A model generated the notes under the pieces. That model was given only the letters and a program-made list of their open reading frames with translations, did not search any database and was not told where the DNA came from. A stretch of DNA of 27,821 nt from Desulfobaccales bacterium (lineage in GTDB: Bacteria > Desulfobacterota > Desulfobaccia > Desulfobaccales > 0-14-0-80-60-11). Shown piece by piece: positions 1 through 7,465 of this stretch. The stretch spans positions 1-27,821 of the forward strand of contig DASWLF010000374.1 of assembly GCA_036396255.1 (NCBI GenBank), given 5' to 3'. The position numbers and the translations under genes are program-made. The number at the start of each line of letters is the position of its first letter. The first letter of the stretch is position 1.

Positions 1-124
1 TGGCCCGCTGCTTCATCACCATGTCGCCCAGGCTCACCTGGCCGTCGCCGGCCACCGCCACTTTGTCTGCGCGCCGCACCATCAAAATGGTGGTGCCGCG
101 CCATGGTTCGGTGAATTGCTTCAT
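1..124 (-). CDS. hslV: ATP-dependent protease peptidase subunit HslV, 5' end (runs off the window)
   Basis: Not in the ORF track. Manual translation from the ATG at 124 gives [41 protein letters not shown], with the HslV TTIL...AGDGQVSLG signature. It lies directly downstream of xerC on the same strand. Confidence 0.93.
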   Translation of the reverse strand, partial: MKQFTEPWRGTTILMVRRADKVAVAGDGQVSLGDMVMKQRA

Positions 125-144
125 GTTTCTTATCCGGTTTACTT

Positions 145-276
145 GGGGGAAGGGGCCAAGGGCACCCGCCCTTACCCCCTCCCCCAATCCCTTATGGGGG
201 TTGGGAGGGGGGTTTGGGGGGAGGAGCGGGGCCAGTGGCACAGGCGTCCCGCCTGTGGAAGCCCTTGGTCCTCCCC
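145..276. repeat. Composite GC-rich palindromic intergenic element containing a REP-like hairpin
   Basis: Outer arms CCAAGGGC (156-163) and GCCCTTGG (261-268). Inner arms CCCCCTCCC (175-183) and GGGAGGGGG (203-211). GTGG-CACAGGCG-TCC-CGCCTGTG hairpin at 235-257. Confidence 0.7.
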
Positions 277-286
277 TCAAAATCTC

Positions 287-1195
287 TTACCTCAACTTGC
301 CCCGGGGGTGGGTGCGGTCGTATTCCTCCATCAAATAATCCAGGTTGAGGTGCAAGTAGCGCTGGGTGCTGGAGATGCTTGCGTGCCCCAGCAGTTCCTG
401 CAACGCCCGCAAATCGGCTTTGCCCTCCAGCATATGGGTGGCGAAGCTGTGGCGCAGGCCGTGGGGGGTAAGGCTCTGGGACAGACCGGTGAGCCGGGCC
501 CATTTCCCCACCAGCCGGGCCACGGAGCGGCTGCTGAGCCGGGTGCCCCGGAGATTGAGAAAGAGCGCGGTCTCCTGGCTGCGGCCCAACTGGCCCAAAA
601 GGCGCTGCCGGCTGGGCAGGTAGGCAGCCAGCGCCTCCCGGGCCGAGGCCCCCAGGAAGGCCAGGCGCTCCTTGGCCCCTTTACCCCAGACCCGCATCAC
701 CCCTGGCGCCAGATCCAGGTCCCCCAGGTTGAGGCCGGCAAGTTCCGACAGGCGCAGACCCCCGGCATAGAAGACTTCCAGAATAGCCCGGTCCCGGACC
801 CCACCAAAGGTGGCGCCGCCCGTCTCTCCCAGCAGGTGAAAGGTTTCGTCCACCGTCAGGAAATGGGGCAGGTTCTTTTCCACCTTGGGGCTGGGGGCCA
901 GACGGGCCGGATTGCCCGGCACCAGCCCCAGGCGCTGCAGGTATTTAAAGAAGGTGCGCAGGGCCGACAGTTTGCGGGCCACCGTGGCCTTGCGGCGTCC
1001 TTTCAGGCTGAAGGCCAGGAAGGCCCGCAGGTCCTTATAAGTCACCCCTGCCAGGTCCGCGGCTTCCCGGCTGCGAAAATAGAAGTCCAGGAATTGGGCG
1101 ATATCCAGACGGTAGCTGCGCAGGGTATGGGGCGACATCTGCCTTTCCACCCGCAGGTACTGTAGAAAATCTTCCAGATAAGCCCAGCCGCTCAT
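287..1195 (-). CDS. xerC: Tyrosine recombinase XerC
   Basis: 302 aa with catalytic-motif residues (GLRLSE, GKGAKER, HGLRHSFATH, LLGH, TQRY) and the N-terminal SPHTLRSYRLD segment. It sits upstream of hslV. Confidence 0.92.
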   Translation of the reverse strand: MSGWAYLEDFLQYLRVERQMSPHTLRSYRLDIAQFLDFYFRSREAADLAGVTYKDLRAFLAFSLKGRRKATVARKLSALRTFFKYLQRLGLVPGNPARLAPSPKVEKNLPHFLTVDETFHLLGETGGATFGGVRDRAILEVFYAGGLRLSELAGLNLGDLDLAPGVMRVWGKGAKERLAFLGASAREALAAYLPSRQRLLGQLGRSQETALFLNLRGTRLSSRSVARLVGKWARLTGLSQSLTPHGLRHSFATHMLEGKADLRALQELLGHASISSTQRYLHLNLDYLMEEYDRTHPRGKLR

Positions 1196-1241
1196 AAAGG
1201 CTCCGGTATTTCCAGAGCAAAGACTTCCCTGAAATTTATTT

Positions 1242-1270
1242 ATAATATCATCAATTTACCATAGTGCCAA
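1242..1270 (-). promoter_or_regulatory. Sigma70-type promoter for xerC-hslV
   Basis: Minus strand reads TTGGCA (1270-1265), 17 nt, then TATTAT (1247-1242) preceded by TGn (extended -10), in an AT-rich patch about 50 nt upstream of the xerC ATG. Confidence 0.65.
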
Positions 1271-1324
1271 AAAAAATTGTGGGCAAATGGGCCGTTATAC
1301 GGGGTTGCGCTCAAATGGTTTTTT

Positions 1325-1373
1325 GTAGCCGCAGGCTTTAGCCTGCGCCGCACAGGCGAGACGCCTGTGCCAC
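1325..1373. repeat. Inward-facing REP doublet (GTAG/GTGG-type)
   Basis: GTAG-CC-GCAGGCT-TT-AGCCTGC (1325-1346) plus, on the minus strand, GTGG-CACAGGCG-TCT-CGCCTGTG (1373-1351). Flanked by T and A runs. Confidence 0.75.
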
Positions 1374-1536
1374 CAAAAACTTGGCGGAAAAATATCCGAT
1401 TGGTTGCAACCCGGTATCATGGCGCCCCCGGAGGTCCGCCCCTGCATTTACAGGCGGGCTGGGGCCTTTGGGGTGGGCGGGGGGCTATTGTCCTCCGGCC
1501 TTACCCTAAAAGCATTTGGCGATCGCTCCGGTCCGC

Positions 1537-2484
1537 TCACACGTGGTTGCGAAGCTTTAATTCCAGCGGGTGGGGATTGAGGTAGTATTGCTCCCGGAGA
1601 TAGGGTTCGCGGTATTTCCGCGCGTAATGGTTGATGAGGGTGATGGGAACGATGAGGGGCACATACTCCCGGCGGTACGCCTCGATGACCTCCAGGAGCT
1701 CCTGCTTCTCGTCGGCGGTCAACTGCTTTTTGAAATACCCCATGAGATGGTAAAGCACATTGGCGTTCTTCCGGGGGGTGGCCTGCAACCGCAAGGCCTC
1801 CAGGAGCAGGGTTTGGTAGCCGGCGGACAATTCTTTCAGGGGGATCTCCCGGGCTCGGGCCACCAGCTTCCCCAGGTCCCGGTAATGGCTGGGGCTGTGG
1901 GCCAGGATCAGGAGCTGGTGCCGGGTATGAAAGTCCACCAGGGAGCCAGTGCCGGGATTTTGGGCCAGTAACTCCCGCCAGCGCTTAAAAACGAAGAGGC
2001 GCTCAATGAAATTCTCCCGGAGCGCCGGGTCGTGGAGGCGGCCCTCGTCTGCCACCGGGAGCCCGGGGAAGCGCTCCATGAAGATGCGGGCAAAAATTCC
2101 CACCCCCCGGGGCGCGGGGACTCCCTGGTCGTTGTAGACTTTGACCCGCGCCATGCCGCTGCTGGGGGATTTGCTCTTGAAGATGAAGCCGCATAGGTCC
2201 TGGGCTGCCAGCTCCTGGACCCGGCGGCGGGCCCAGGTAACCAGGCGCTCGGTGTGATCCATGCCGGTGCGCACCGTGAGCAGCCGGGGCTGGGCCGGGT
2301 CGCCTACCAGGCGCATGGCCTCCCGGGGCACGGAGAGGCCGCTCTCCACTTCGGGGCACACCGCCACGAACTCCACGTAGTTGCTTAGGGTATCGGTAAT
2401 AAAGCGGTCCCACCGGTGGCCGCCGTCGAAACGCACCTTTTCCCCCAGCAGGCAGGAGCTGATCCCCAGCTTAATTTTTTCCAT
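1537..2484 (-). CDS. DUF523-DUF1722 (YbgA-family) fusion protein
   Basis: Motifs LGISSCLLGEKVRFDG, CPEV, GRLHDPALRENFIERLF, NVLYHLMGYFKK and YLNPHPLEL. ATG at 2484 with a GGAGAG SD is preferred over the ORF-track start at 2505. Confidence 0.88.
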   Translation of the reverse strand: MEKIKLGISSCLLGEKVRFDGGHRWDRFITDTLSNYVEFVAVCPEVESGLSVPREAMRLVGDPAQPRLLTVRTGMDHTERLVTWARRRVQELAAQDLCGFIFKSKSPSSGMARVKVYNDQGVPAPRGVGIFARIFMERFPGLPVADEGRLHDPALRENFIERLFVFKRWRELLAQNPGTGSLVDFHTRHQLLILAHSPSHYRDLGKLVARAREIPLKELSAGYQTLLLEALRLQATPRKNANVLYHLMGYFKKQLTADEKQELLEVIEAYRREYVPLIVPITLINHYARKYREPYLREQYYLNPHPLELKLRNHV

Positions 2485-2798
2485 CAGTTTCTCTCCCGGT
2501 ATCAATATACAACAGATTCGGGAGAATCGGCAGGGGCCGAAGCCTCAGGCTTGATTCTTGTCGGTTGATGAATCGCTATGTTAGCTTGGAGGGCCCCATG
2601 CTGATGAGGCTCAGGGTGGATCAATACTTTGTGGTGAGCCACTTCCAGGAGGTTCAGGTCTGGTCCATGACCCCTTGAGCCCTGGATGGTGATAATGAGC
2701 CAATAGTCAATCAGAATTTTTACTAAATCAAGGTAGCAAAACCGGTCTCTCCCCAAAGCCAAGGTCCACCAGACCCGCCAAGGATCAGAACCTGCAAT

Positions 2799-2843
2799 TT
2801 GTGAAATTCTTCTCTTGACAATCCCCCCAAAAACAGGAAAAGT
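2799..2843 (+). promoter_or_regulatory. Possible phaEC promoter (-35 TTGACA) with overlapping imperfect TTGTGAA dyad
   Basis: TTGACA at 2815-2820. The -10 is weak (AAAAGT at 17 nt spacing). TTGTGAA-ATTC-TTCTCTT at 2799-2816. Confidence 0.3.
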
Positions 2844-2870
2844 CGTTTTGTCGGCCTGCTTGGCGGCACG

Positions 2871-3764
2871 GTGGCAATTATGGATCAGGATCATCCCCAA
2901 GCAAACTCCACGGAGCCTCTGCTGGCTGCCTGGATCAAATGGACCATGGACTTCTGGGAGTCCATGACCCACATGGGGCCTGCCCATGAGGATCTGACCG
3001 GCGGGACGGACGATTTCTGGCAAGCGGCCCTGAAGATGTGGCAGGCCTTTTTCTCCCTGCTCAGTGAGCCGGAAACCGTAGCCGCGGTCTTCAAAGGAAT
3101 CAGGCCGCCCTCAGAGATCATCGTGAAGATGGCCCAGGCTGGCTGGGCGGGCTACTTTCATCTGCACCAGCAATGGCTGGAAGGGGGAGCCCTCAAGGAT
3201 GAGCCCCCTTCTGAAGCCTATGGGTTCGAAAACCTGGACCAAGACATCTTCAAGATCTGCACCGAAATTTACGAGAAGGACTTCCGGCAGTTGTTGAACC
3301 TGCCCCAGGTGGGGCTGACCCGTGTCTCCCAGGAACGCATCAACCGGGCCATGGACCGCTTCGGCCAGTTTCAGGCGGCCATGGCCGAATTCATCTATCT
3401 GCTCTACCTGCCCATGAAGAAATCCCTGCGGGAGATACATGGGGTTGAGACCGGCGAAGACAAGCCGGAAGAGTTCAAAGATTACTATCGCCGGTGGTTG
3501 AAGCTCCTGGAAGGGCACTACATGACCCTCTTCAAGTCGACGGAGTATACCCGGACTTTGAGCCACACCCTGGAGACCCTGGAAGATTTCACCCTGGCCA
3601 AACAGGAACTGCTGGCCAGTTCTCTGGAGGCCCTGCCCATTCCCACCCACCGGGACATGGATGAGCTTTATCGGGAGGTTTATCTCCTGAAGAAGCAGGT
3701 CAAGGAGCTGTCGAAAAAATTGGCCCAATTGGCCCCACCCCTGGAAGCGCCCGAGGAGATTTGA
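2871..3764 (+). CDS. phaE: Class III poly(3-hydroxyalkanoate) synthase subunit PhaE
   Basis: 297 aa helical protein with PQVGLTR, the YYRRWLKLLEGHYMTLFKSTEY segment and PTHRDMDELYREVYLLKKQVKEL. Overlaps the phaC start by 4 nt. The start could be the ATG at 2880. Confidence 0.85.
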   Translation: MAIMDQDHPQANSTEPLLAAWIKWTMDFWESMTHMGPAHEDLTGGTDDFWQAALKMWQAFFSLLSEPETVAAVFKGIRPPSEIIVKMAQAGWAGYFHLHQQWLEGGALKDEPPSEAYGFENLDQDIFKICTEIYEKDFRQLLNLPQVGLTRVSQERINRAMDRFGQFQAAMAEFIYLLYLPMKKSLREIHGVETGEDKPEEFKDYYRRWLKLLEGHYMTLFKSTEYTRTLSHTLETLEDFTLAKQELLASSLEALPIPTHRDMDELYREVYLLKKQVKELSKKLAQLAPPLEAPEEI

Positions 3765-4843
3765 TGGACCGCCCCAAAATTCCGGTGGACCTGATCCGGG
3801 CAATGCTGGCGGCCGACGCCGAAAAGGCCGCCCACCGTCTGGAAAAAGCCAGGGACGTGTTCCTTGGCCCCCTGGACACCGAGATCGCCGCCACCCCCCA
3901 TGAGCTGGTCTACCAGGAAGACCGGGTCAGCCTGAAGCATTACCGGCCCCAAGGGGCGCCGCGGCTGAAGACGCCGCTGTTCCTGGTGCACGCCCTGTTC
4001 AACCGGGAAACCCTGCTGGACCTGCAGCCGGACCGCAGCGTGGTGCTGAACCTTCTCAAAGAAGGGGTGGAGATCTATCTCGTTGATTGGGGCTCCCCCA
4101 CCCGGAAAGACCGGTATCTGACCCTGGACGACCACATCAACGGCTACCTGGACAACATGGTGGAGTTTATTTGCCGCCGGCACCGCCTCTCCCAGGTCAA
4201 TCTCATGGGGGTCTGTTTGGGGGGCACCTTTGGGGTAATCTATGCGGCCCTCCACCCGAAAAGGGTCAGGAACCTCATCACCACCGTGGCCCCCACCAAT
4301 TTCGATACCGATAAGGGTCTGCTCCATATCTGGATGAAAGAGATCGATGGGGACCGCCTGGTGGACACCTTCGGCAACCTTCCCGGCAATCTCCTGACCA
4401 TCACCTTGCTCCTGCTGAACCCGGCCCGGCTCCTGTTCGACAAGTACGTGGGCTTTCTGGAAAACATGGACAACAAGGAGTTCGTGGAGAACTTCATCCG
4501 CATGGAGAAATGGATCTTTGACAGCCCCGATGTCCCCGGGGAGACGTTGCGCCAGTTGATCAAAGACCTTTACCAGCAAAACCTGCTCCTCAAGGGGGAG
4601 ATGGAGCTGGGAGGCCGGCGGGTGGATCTGCAAAAAGTCGCCATGCCGCTGCTTAACATTTACGGCCAATATGACCACCTGGTGCCGCCGGAAGCCTGTG
4701 AGCTCCTGACCCGCGCCGTGGGCAGCAAGGATACGGAGGACATCTGCCTGGATACGGGCCACGTGGGCATCTATGTCAGCTCCCGGTTCCAGAAAGAGCT
4801 GGTCCCCAAGATCGCCTCCTGGCTTTTGCAACGAGACGATTGA
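3761..4843 (+). CDS. phaC: Class III poly(3-hydroxyalkanoate) synthase subunit PhaC
   Basis: 360 aa with lipase-like box GVCLGG (catalytic Cys), YGQYDHLV (Asp), DTGHVG (His), LDLQPDRSVV, DWG and MEKWIFDSPD. Confidence 0.95.
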   Translation: MMDRPKIPVDLIRAMLAADAEKAAHRLEKARDVFLGPLDTEIAATPHELVYQEDRVSLKHYRPQGAPRLKTPLFLVHALFNRETLLDLQPDRSVVLNLLKEGVEIYLVDWGSPTRKDRYLTLDDHINGYLDNMVEFICRRHRLSQVNLMGVCLGGTFGVIYAALHPKRVRNLITTVAPTNFDTDKGLLHIWMKEIDGDRLVDTFGNLPGNLLTITLLLLNPARLLFDKYVGFLENMDNKEFVENFIRMEKWIFDSPDVPGETLRQLIKDLYQQNLLLKGEMELGGRRVDLQKVAMPLLNIYGQYDHLVPPEACELLTRAVGSKDTEDICLDTGHVGIYVSSRFQKELVPKIASWLLQRDD

Positions 4844-4867
4844 GTTTCGAGTTTTGAGTTTCGAGTT
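4842..4867 (+). repeat. Heptamer tandem array (GAGTTTY)n, left arm
   Basis: GAGTTTC GAGTTTT GAGTTTC GAGTT, starting inside the phaC TGA stop codon. Confidence 0.9.
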
Positions 4868-4871
4868 GAAA

Positions 4872-5237
4872 ATGCGGATAAAGTCCACTTCTTATCGTGA
4901 TTTGGAAGTTTGGAAGAAGGCCATAAGCTTAGCAAAATTCATTTATGAAATTACTGCTCGTCTTCCTGCTAAAGAAATTTATGGATTAAGCAATCAATTG
5001 CAGAGAAGCGCGGTTTCGATTGGAGCAAACATCGCCGAAGGCCAGGCCCACAACTCCCGCAAGGAATTTAAATACTTTCTTGGTATTAGCCTTGGTTCTT
5101 TAGCTGAATTAGAGACTCTATTAACGATAGCCTCTGAAATAAATTATATTTCTGAGTCAACTCTTGAAGAAGTGAGCCAGCTAACAGATGAAATTACTCG
5201 AATGATCAAAGGCATTATTAAACATCTTTCAAAATAA
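4872..5237 (+). CDS. Four helix bundle protein (23S rRNA IVS protein/S23-like family)
   Basis: MRIKSTSYRDLEVWKKA...QLQRSAVSIGANIAEG...SLGSLAELETLL. ATG at 4872 (the ORF-track start at 4773 overlaps phaC). About 38% GC by hand count of 4921-5220. Confidence 0.9.
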   Translation: MRIKSTSYRDLEVWKKAISLAKFIYEITARLPAKEIYGLSNQLQRSAVSIGANIAEGQAHNSRKEFKYFLGISLGSLAELETLLTIASEINYISESTLEEVSQLTDEITRMIKGIIKHLSK

Positions 5238-5281
5238 AAACGAAATCCAACGGGTTAGAACTCCTGGAAAGCATAGATCCC

Positions 5282-5316
5282 AAAACCCAAAACTCAAAAC
5301 TCAAAACTCGAAACTC
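5282..5316 (-). repeat. Heptamer tandem array (RAAACTC)n, right arm, inverted relative to 4842-4867
   Basis: AAAACCC AAAACTC AAAACTC AAAACTC GAAACTC. Confidence 0.9.
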
Positions 5317-5330
5317 CAAGGAAACCTGCG

Positions 5331-6383
5331 ATGCCCGCAAAGCCTGAATTTTTCAAAACCATGTGCGGCCTGACCCAGGCCTTCGGCATGGCCAGGAACC
5401 GCAACGAACTGCTGGACCTGATCCTCCGAAGCGCCGTCCACACCCTCAAAGGCAAGGCTGCCTGTTTGTATCTGGCCCAACCGGGGAAGGAAGAGCTGCT
5501 GCCCGTGGCCCAGCAGGGTCTGTCCGATAGTTATTTCCGCTCCCGGAAGTCCAGGCTGAACCGGAAGATCATCCCCTTGGTCATGAAAGAGGGTTTTTTC
5601 TACAGTCGGGACGCCGCCGCCGACCCCCGACTGGAATTCCCGGCCGCCAAAAAGGCCGAAGGCATTGCCGCCATCCTGGCAGTGCCGGTCGTGGTAAAAG
5701 GGAGAACCATCGGGATCTTTTGCCTGTTCACCGACTCACCCCGGGAGTTCTCCCAGGCGGAGCGGCAGTTCCTGATTTTCCTGGCCCAGCAGGGCGGCGG
5801 GGTCATGGAGCACGCCCGCCTCATCGACCAGTGGCGCAGCGAAACCAAGCTGCTCTTCGACCTGGCCGTCAACCTCAGCGGCAGCCTGGATGTGAAGGAG
5901 ATCTTGCGGGCCATGTCCACCGACATCGCGGTGGCCCTGGGAGTTAAGGGCGCCTCCATCCGCCTGCTGGACGAAGACAAGCAGACCCTGGAGCTGGTGG
6001 CCTCTTACGGGCTGAGTGAAAAGTACCTGCAAAAAGGACCGGTGTCCGCCAGGAAGAGCATCGCCCAGGCCCTCAACGGCCAGAAACCGGTGATCATCGA
6101 AAATGCCGCCACGGACCGGCGGGTGCAGTACCGGAAGATGAACAAAGAGGAGGGCATCGTCACCATCCTCTCGGTGCCCATCAAAACCAAGGAGAAGGTC
6201 ATCGGGGTGCTGCGGCTCTATAGCAGGGTGAAACGGAACTTCACCCGGGATGAGATCATGCTGGTCACCGCCCTGGCCTACCTGGGGGGCCTGGCCATCC
6301 AGAATGCGTCGCTGTACCTCATGAGTCAGACGGACATCAAGGACCTGAAGGACGAATTATGGAGTCACCGTTCCTGGTTTTAG
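5331..6383 (+). CDS. Tandem GAF-domain protein with no output domain
   Basis: Two similar halves ending LAVPVVVKGRTIGIFCLF...FSQAERQFL and LSVPIKTKEKVIGVLRLY...FTRDEIMLV. AAGGA SD at 5318-5322. Confidence 0.85.
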   Translation: MPAKPEFFKTMCGLTQAFGMARNRNELLDLILRSAVHTLKGKAACLYLAQPGKEELLPVAQQGLSDSYFRSRKSRLNRKIIPLVMKEGFFYSRDAAADPRLEFPAAKKAEGIAAILAVPVVVKGRTIGIFCLFTDSPREFSQAERQFLIFLAQQGGGVMEHARLIDQWRSETKLLFDLAVNLSGSLDVKEILRAMSTDIAVALGVKGASIRLLDEDKQTLELVASYGLSEKYLQKGPVSARKSIAQALNGQKPVIIENAATDRRVQYRKMNKEEGIVTILSVPIKTKEKVIGVLRLYSRVKRNFTRDEIMLVTALAYLGGLAIQNASLYLMSQTDIKDLKDELWSHRSWF

Positions 6384-6486
6384 GATGTGAAGAATGGCCG
6401 ATAAGAAAGGAGCCGGACCGGGAAGCTCACTAATTATCCGAATTGATGGGGCGGGTTTCCGGGCCAGCCCTTAAAACTATCGCTCC

Positions 6487-6527
6487 ATGCTAGAGGCAGG
6501 CACGGAGGCCTGCTCCACGAGTAGCAT
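6487..6527. terminator. Stem-loop between the convergent pha/GAF and gvp transcription units
   Basis: ATGCTA/TAGCAT outer pair and GCAGGC/GCCTGC inner stem, followed by TTTCTCT on the plus strand. Confidence 0.35.
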
Positions 6528-6561
6528 TTCTCTGACTTCTGCCGGAGACCCCCTTCGCCAC

Positions 6562-6876
6562 TCAGGCCCCGGACGCGCCCAGGGAAGACTCCAGCCGGGC
6601 CAGCCGTTCGTCGAGCTTGGAGAAAGAATCGGCCAGGCCCGCCGGTTGAGGCTGGGAGGTGAAGGACGGATGGTTCACCCACCAGTCCATGCCCAGCTCC
6701 CTGGCTTTGTCCACCGAGCAGATGACCAGGCGGATCTGGATGGTTAAAAGCTCCACCTCCACCAGGCTTATCTTGATATCCCCGGCGATGACAATGCCCT
6801 TATCCAGGAGCCTTTCCAGGAGATCCGCCAGGTTGGTGCTCTCCAGCGAGTGCTGGGTGGCGCGTTGAATAGCCAT
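6562..6876 (-). CDS. gvpJ: GvpA/GvpJ-family minor gas vesicle protein (GvpA3-like)
   Basis: MAIQRATQHSLESTNLADLLERLLDKGIVIAGDIKISLVEVELL... ATG at 6876 with an AGGAGG SD. It is the C-terminal part of ORF-track entry 6562..7254. Confidence 0.88.
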   Translation of the reverse strand: MAIQRATQHSLESTNLADLLERLLDKGIVIAGDIKISLVEVELLTIQIRLVICSVDKARELGMDWWVNHPSFTSQPQPAGLADSFSKLDERLARLESSLGASGA

Positions 6877-6887
6877 TTGGGTCCTCC

Positions 6888-7247
6888 TTACCTGAGCTTT
6901 CCCAGGGGACCGAGGTCGATGTTCAAGTCCTCTTCCTCCAGGCCGAATTCCTGCCGGAGCCGTTCGATCTCCCGGGCCTGCCTCATCAGAGTGAGGCCGA
7001 GGCGCTCGATTTCCGCCTCGGTGAGGGTCCCGCCTTCGATGCGCCGGATTCCCTGCCGCTCCAGAAGCTCGTGCAGTAATTTTACGAGAGTCAGAACCAG
7101 CTGGGCCAGGCCGTTCTTGCCGTTGCCCTCCTCCAGGTTTAGGCGGGGGCCCCGGCCTCTGGGGGCGGTCAAATCCCGGCGGCCCTGCATTACCCTGGCA
7201 AAATCGCCCAGGGCCTGGGACTCCACGGCGGCCGGCGGCCCCTTCAT
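6888..7247 (-). CDS. gvpK: Gas vesicle protein GvpK
   Basis: GLAQLVLTLVKLLHELLERQGIRRIEGGTLTEAEIERLG...LNIDLGPLGKL is the GvpK signature. Confidence 0.92.
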   Translation of the reverse strand: MKGPPAAVESQALGDFARVMQGRRDLTAPRGRGPRLNLEEGNGKNGLAQLVLTLVKLLHELLERQGIRRIEGGTLTEAEIERLGLTLMRQAREIERLRQEFGLEEEDLNIDLGPLGKLR

Positions 7248-7465
7248 GGGTCAACTCCCAGGCAGCTGCCCATCTCCCCGGCGGACCTGAGCTCCCGGGC
7301 AGTATCCAGGGAACTCAGGATGAGCTGCAGCCCCAGGTAGATGAGATCGATATTGGCCACGGAAATCATCACTTCTCCCACGACTACCGCACCCTTGTTG
7401 AGGACCCGGTCCAGGGCCTCGCACAAAGAGACCCGCTCCAGATCATCCAGGAATGGGTCGGACAT
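7244..7465 (-). CDS. GvpA/GvpJ/GvpS-family minor gas vesicle protein (GvpA2-like)
   Basis: MSDPFLDDLERVSLCEALDRVLNKGAVVVGEVMISVANIDLIYLGLQL. ATG at 7465 with a GGGAGA SD. 4-nt overlap with gvpK. Confidence 0.85.
   Translation of the reverse strand: MSDPFLDDLERVSLCEALDRVLNKGAVVVGEVMISVANIDLIYLGLQLILSSLDTARELRSAGEMGSCLGVDP

Noticed and set aside
1-124. HslV as the proteolytic partner of the cluster's Cdc48
   Set aside because: It is 18 kb away in a housekeeping operon. HslV normally partners HslU, and there is no sequence evidence for the link.
287-1195. xerC as the integrase of a gas vesicle island
   Set aside because: It is in the housekeeping xerC-hslV arrangement, and no att-like direct repeats or tRNA were seen.
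1379-1391. ACTTGGCGGAAAA also found at 18328-18340
   Set aside because: A 13-mer match is expected by chance several times in 28 kb, and the flanks do not extend.
2502-3023. 173-aa minus-strand ORF
   Set aside because: It overlaps phaE antisense, has no recognisable motif, and crosses an AT-rich promoter-like region.
4842-5316. Diversity-generating retroelement or CRISPR array
   Set aside because: There is no reverse transcriptase or TR/VR pair in the window, and the heptamers are contiguous with no spacers.
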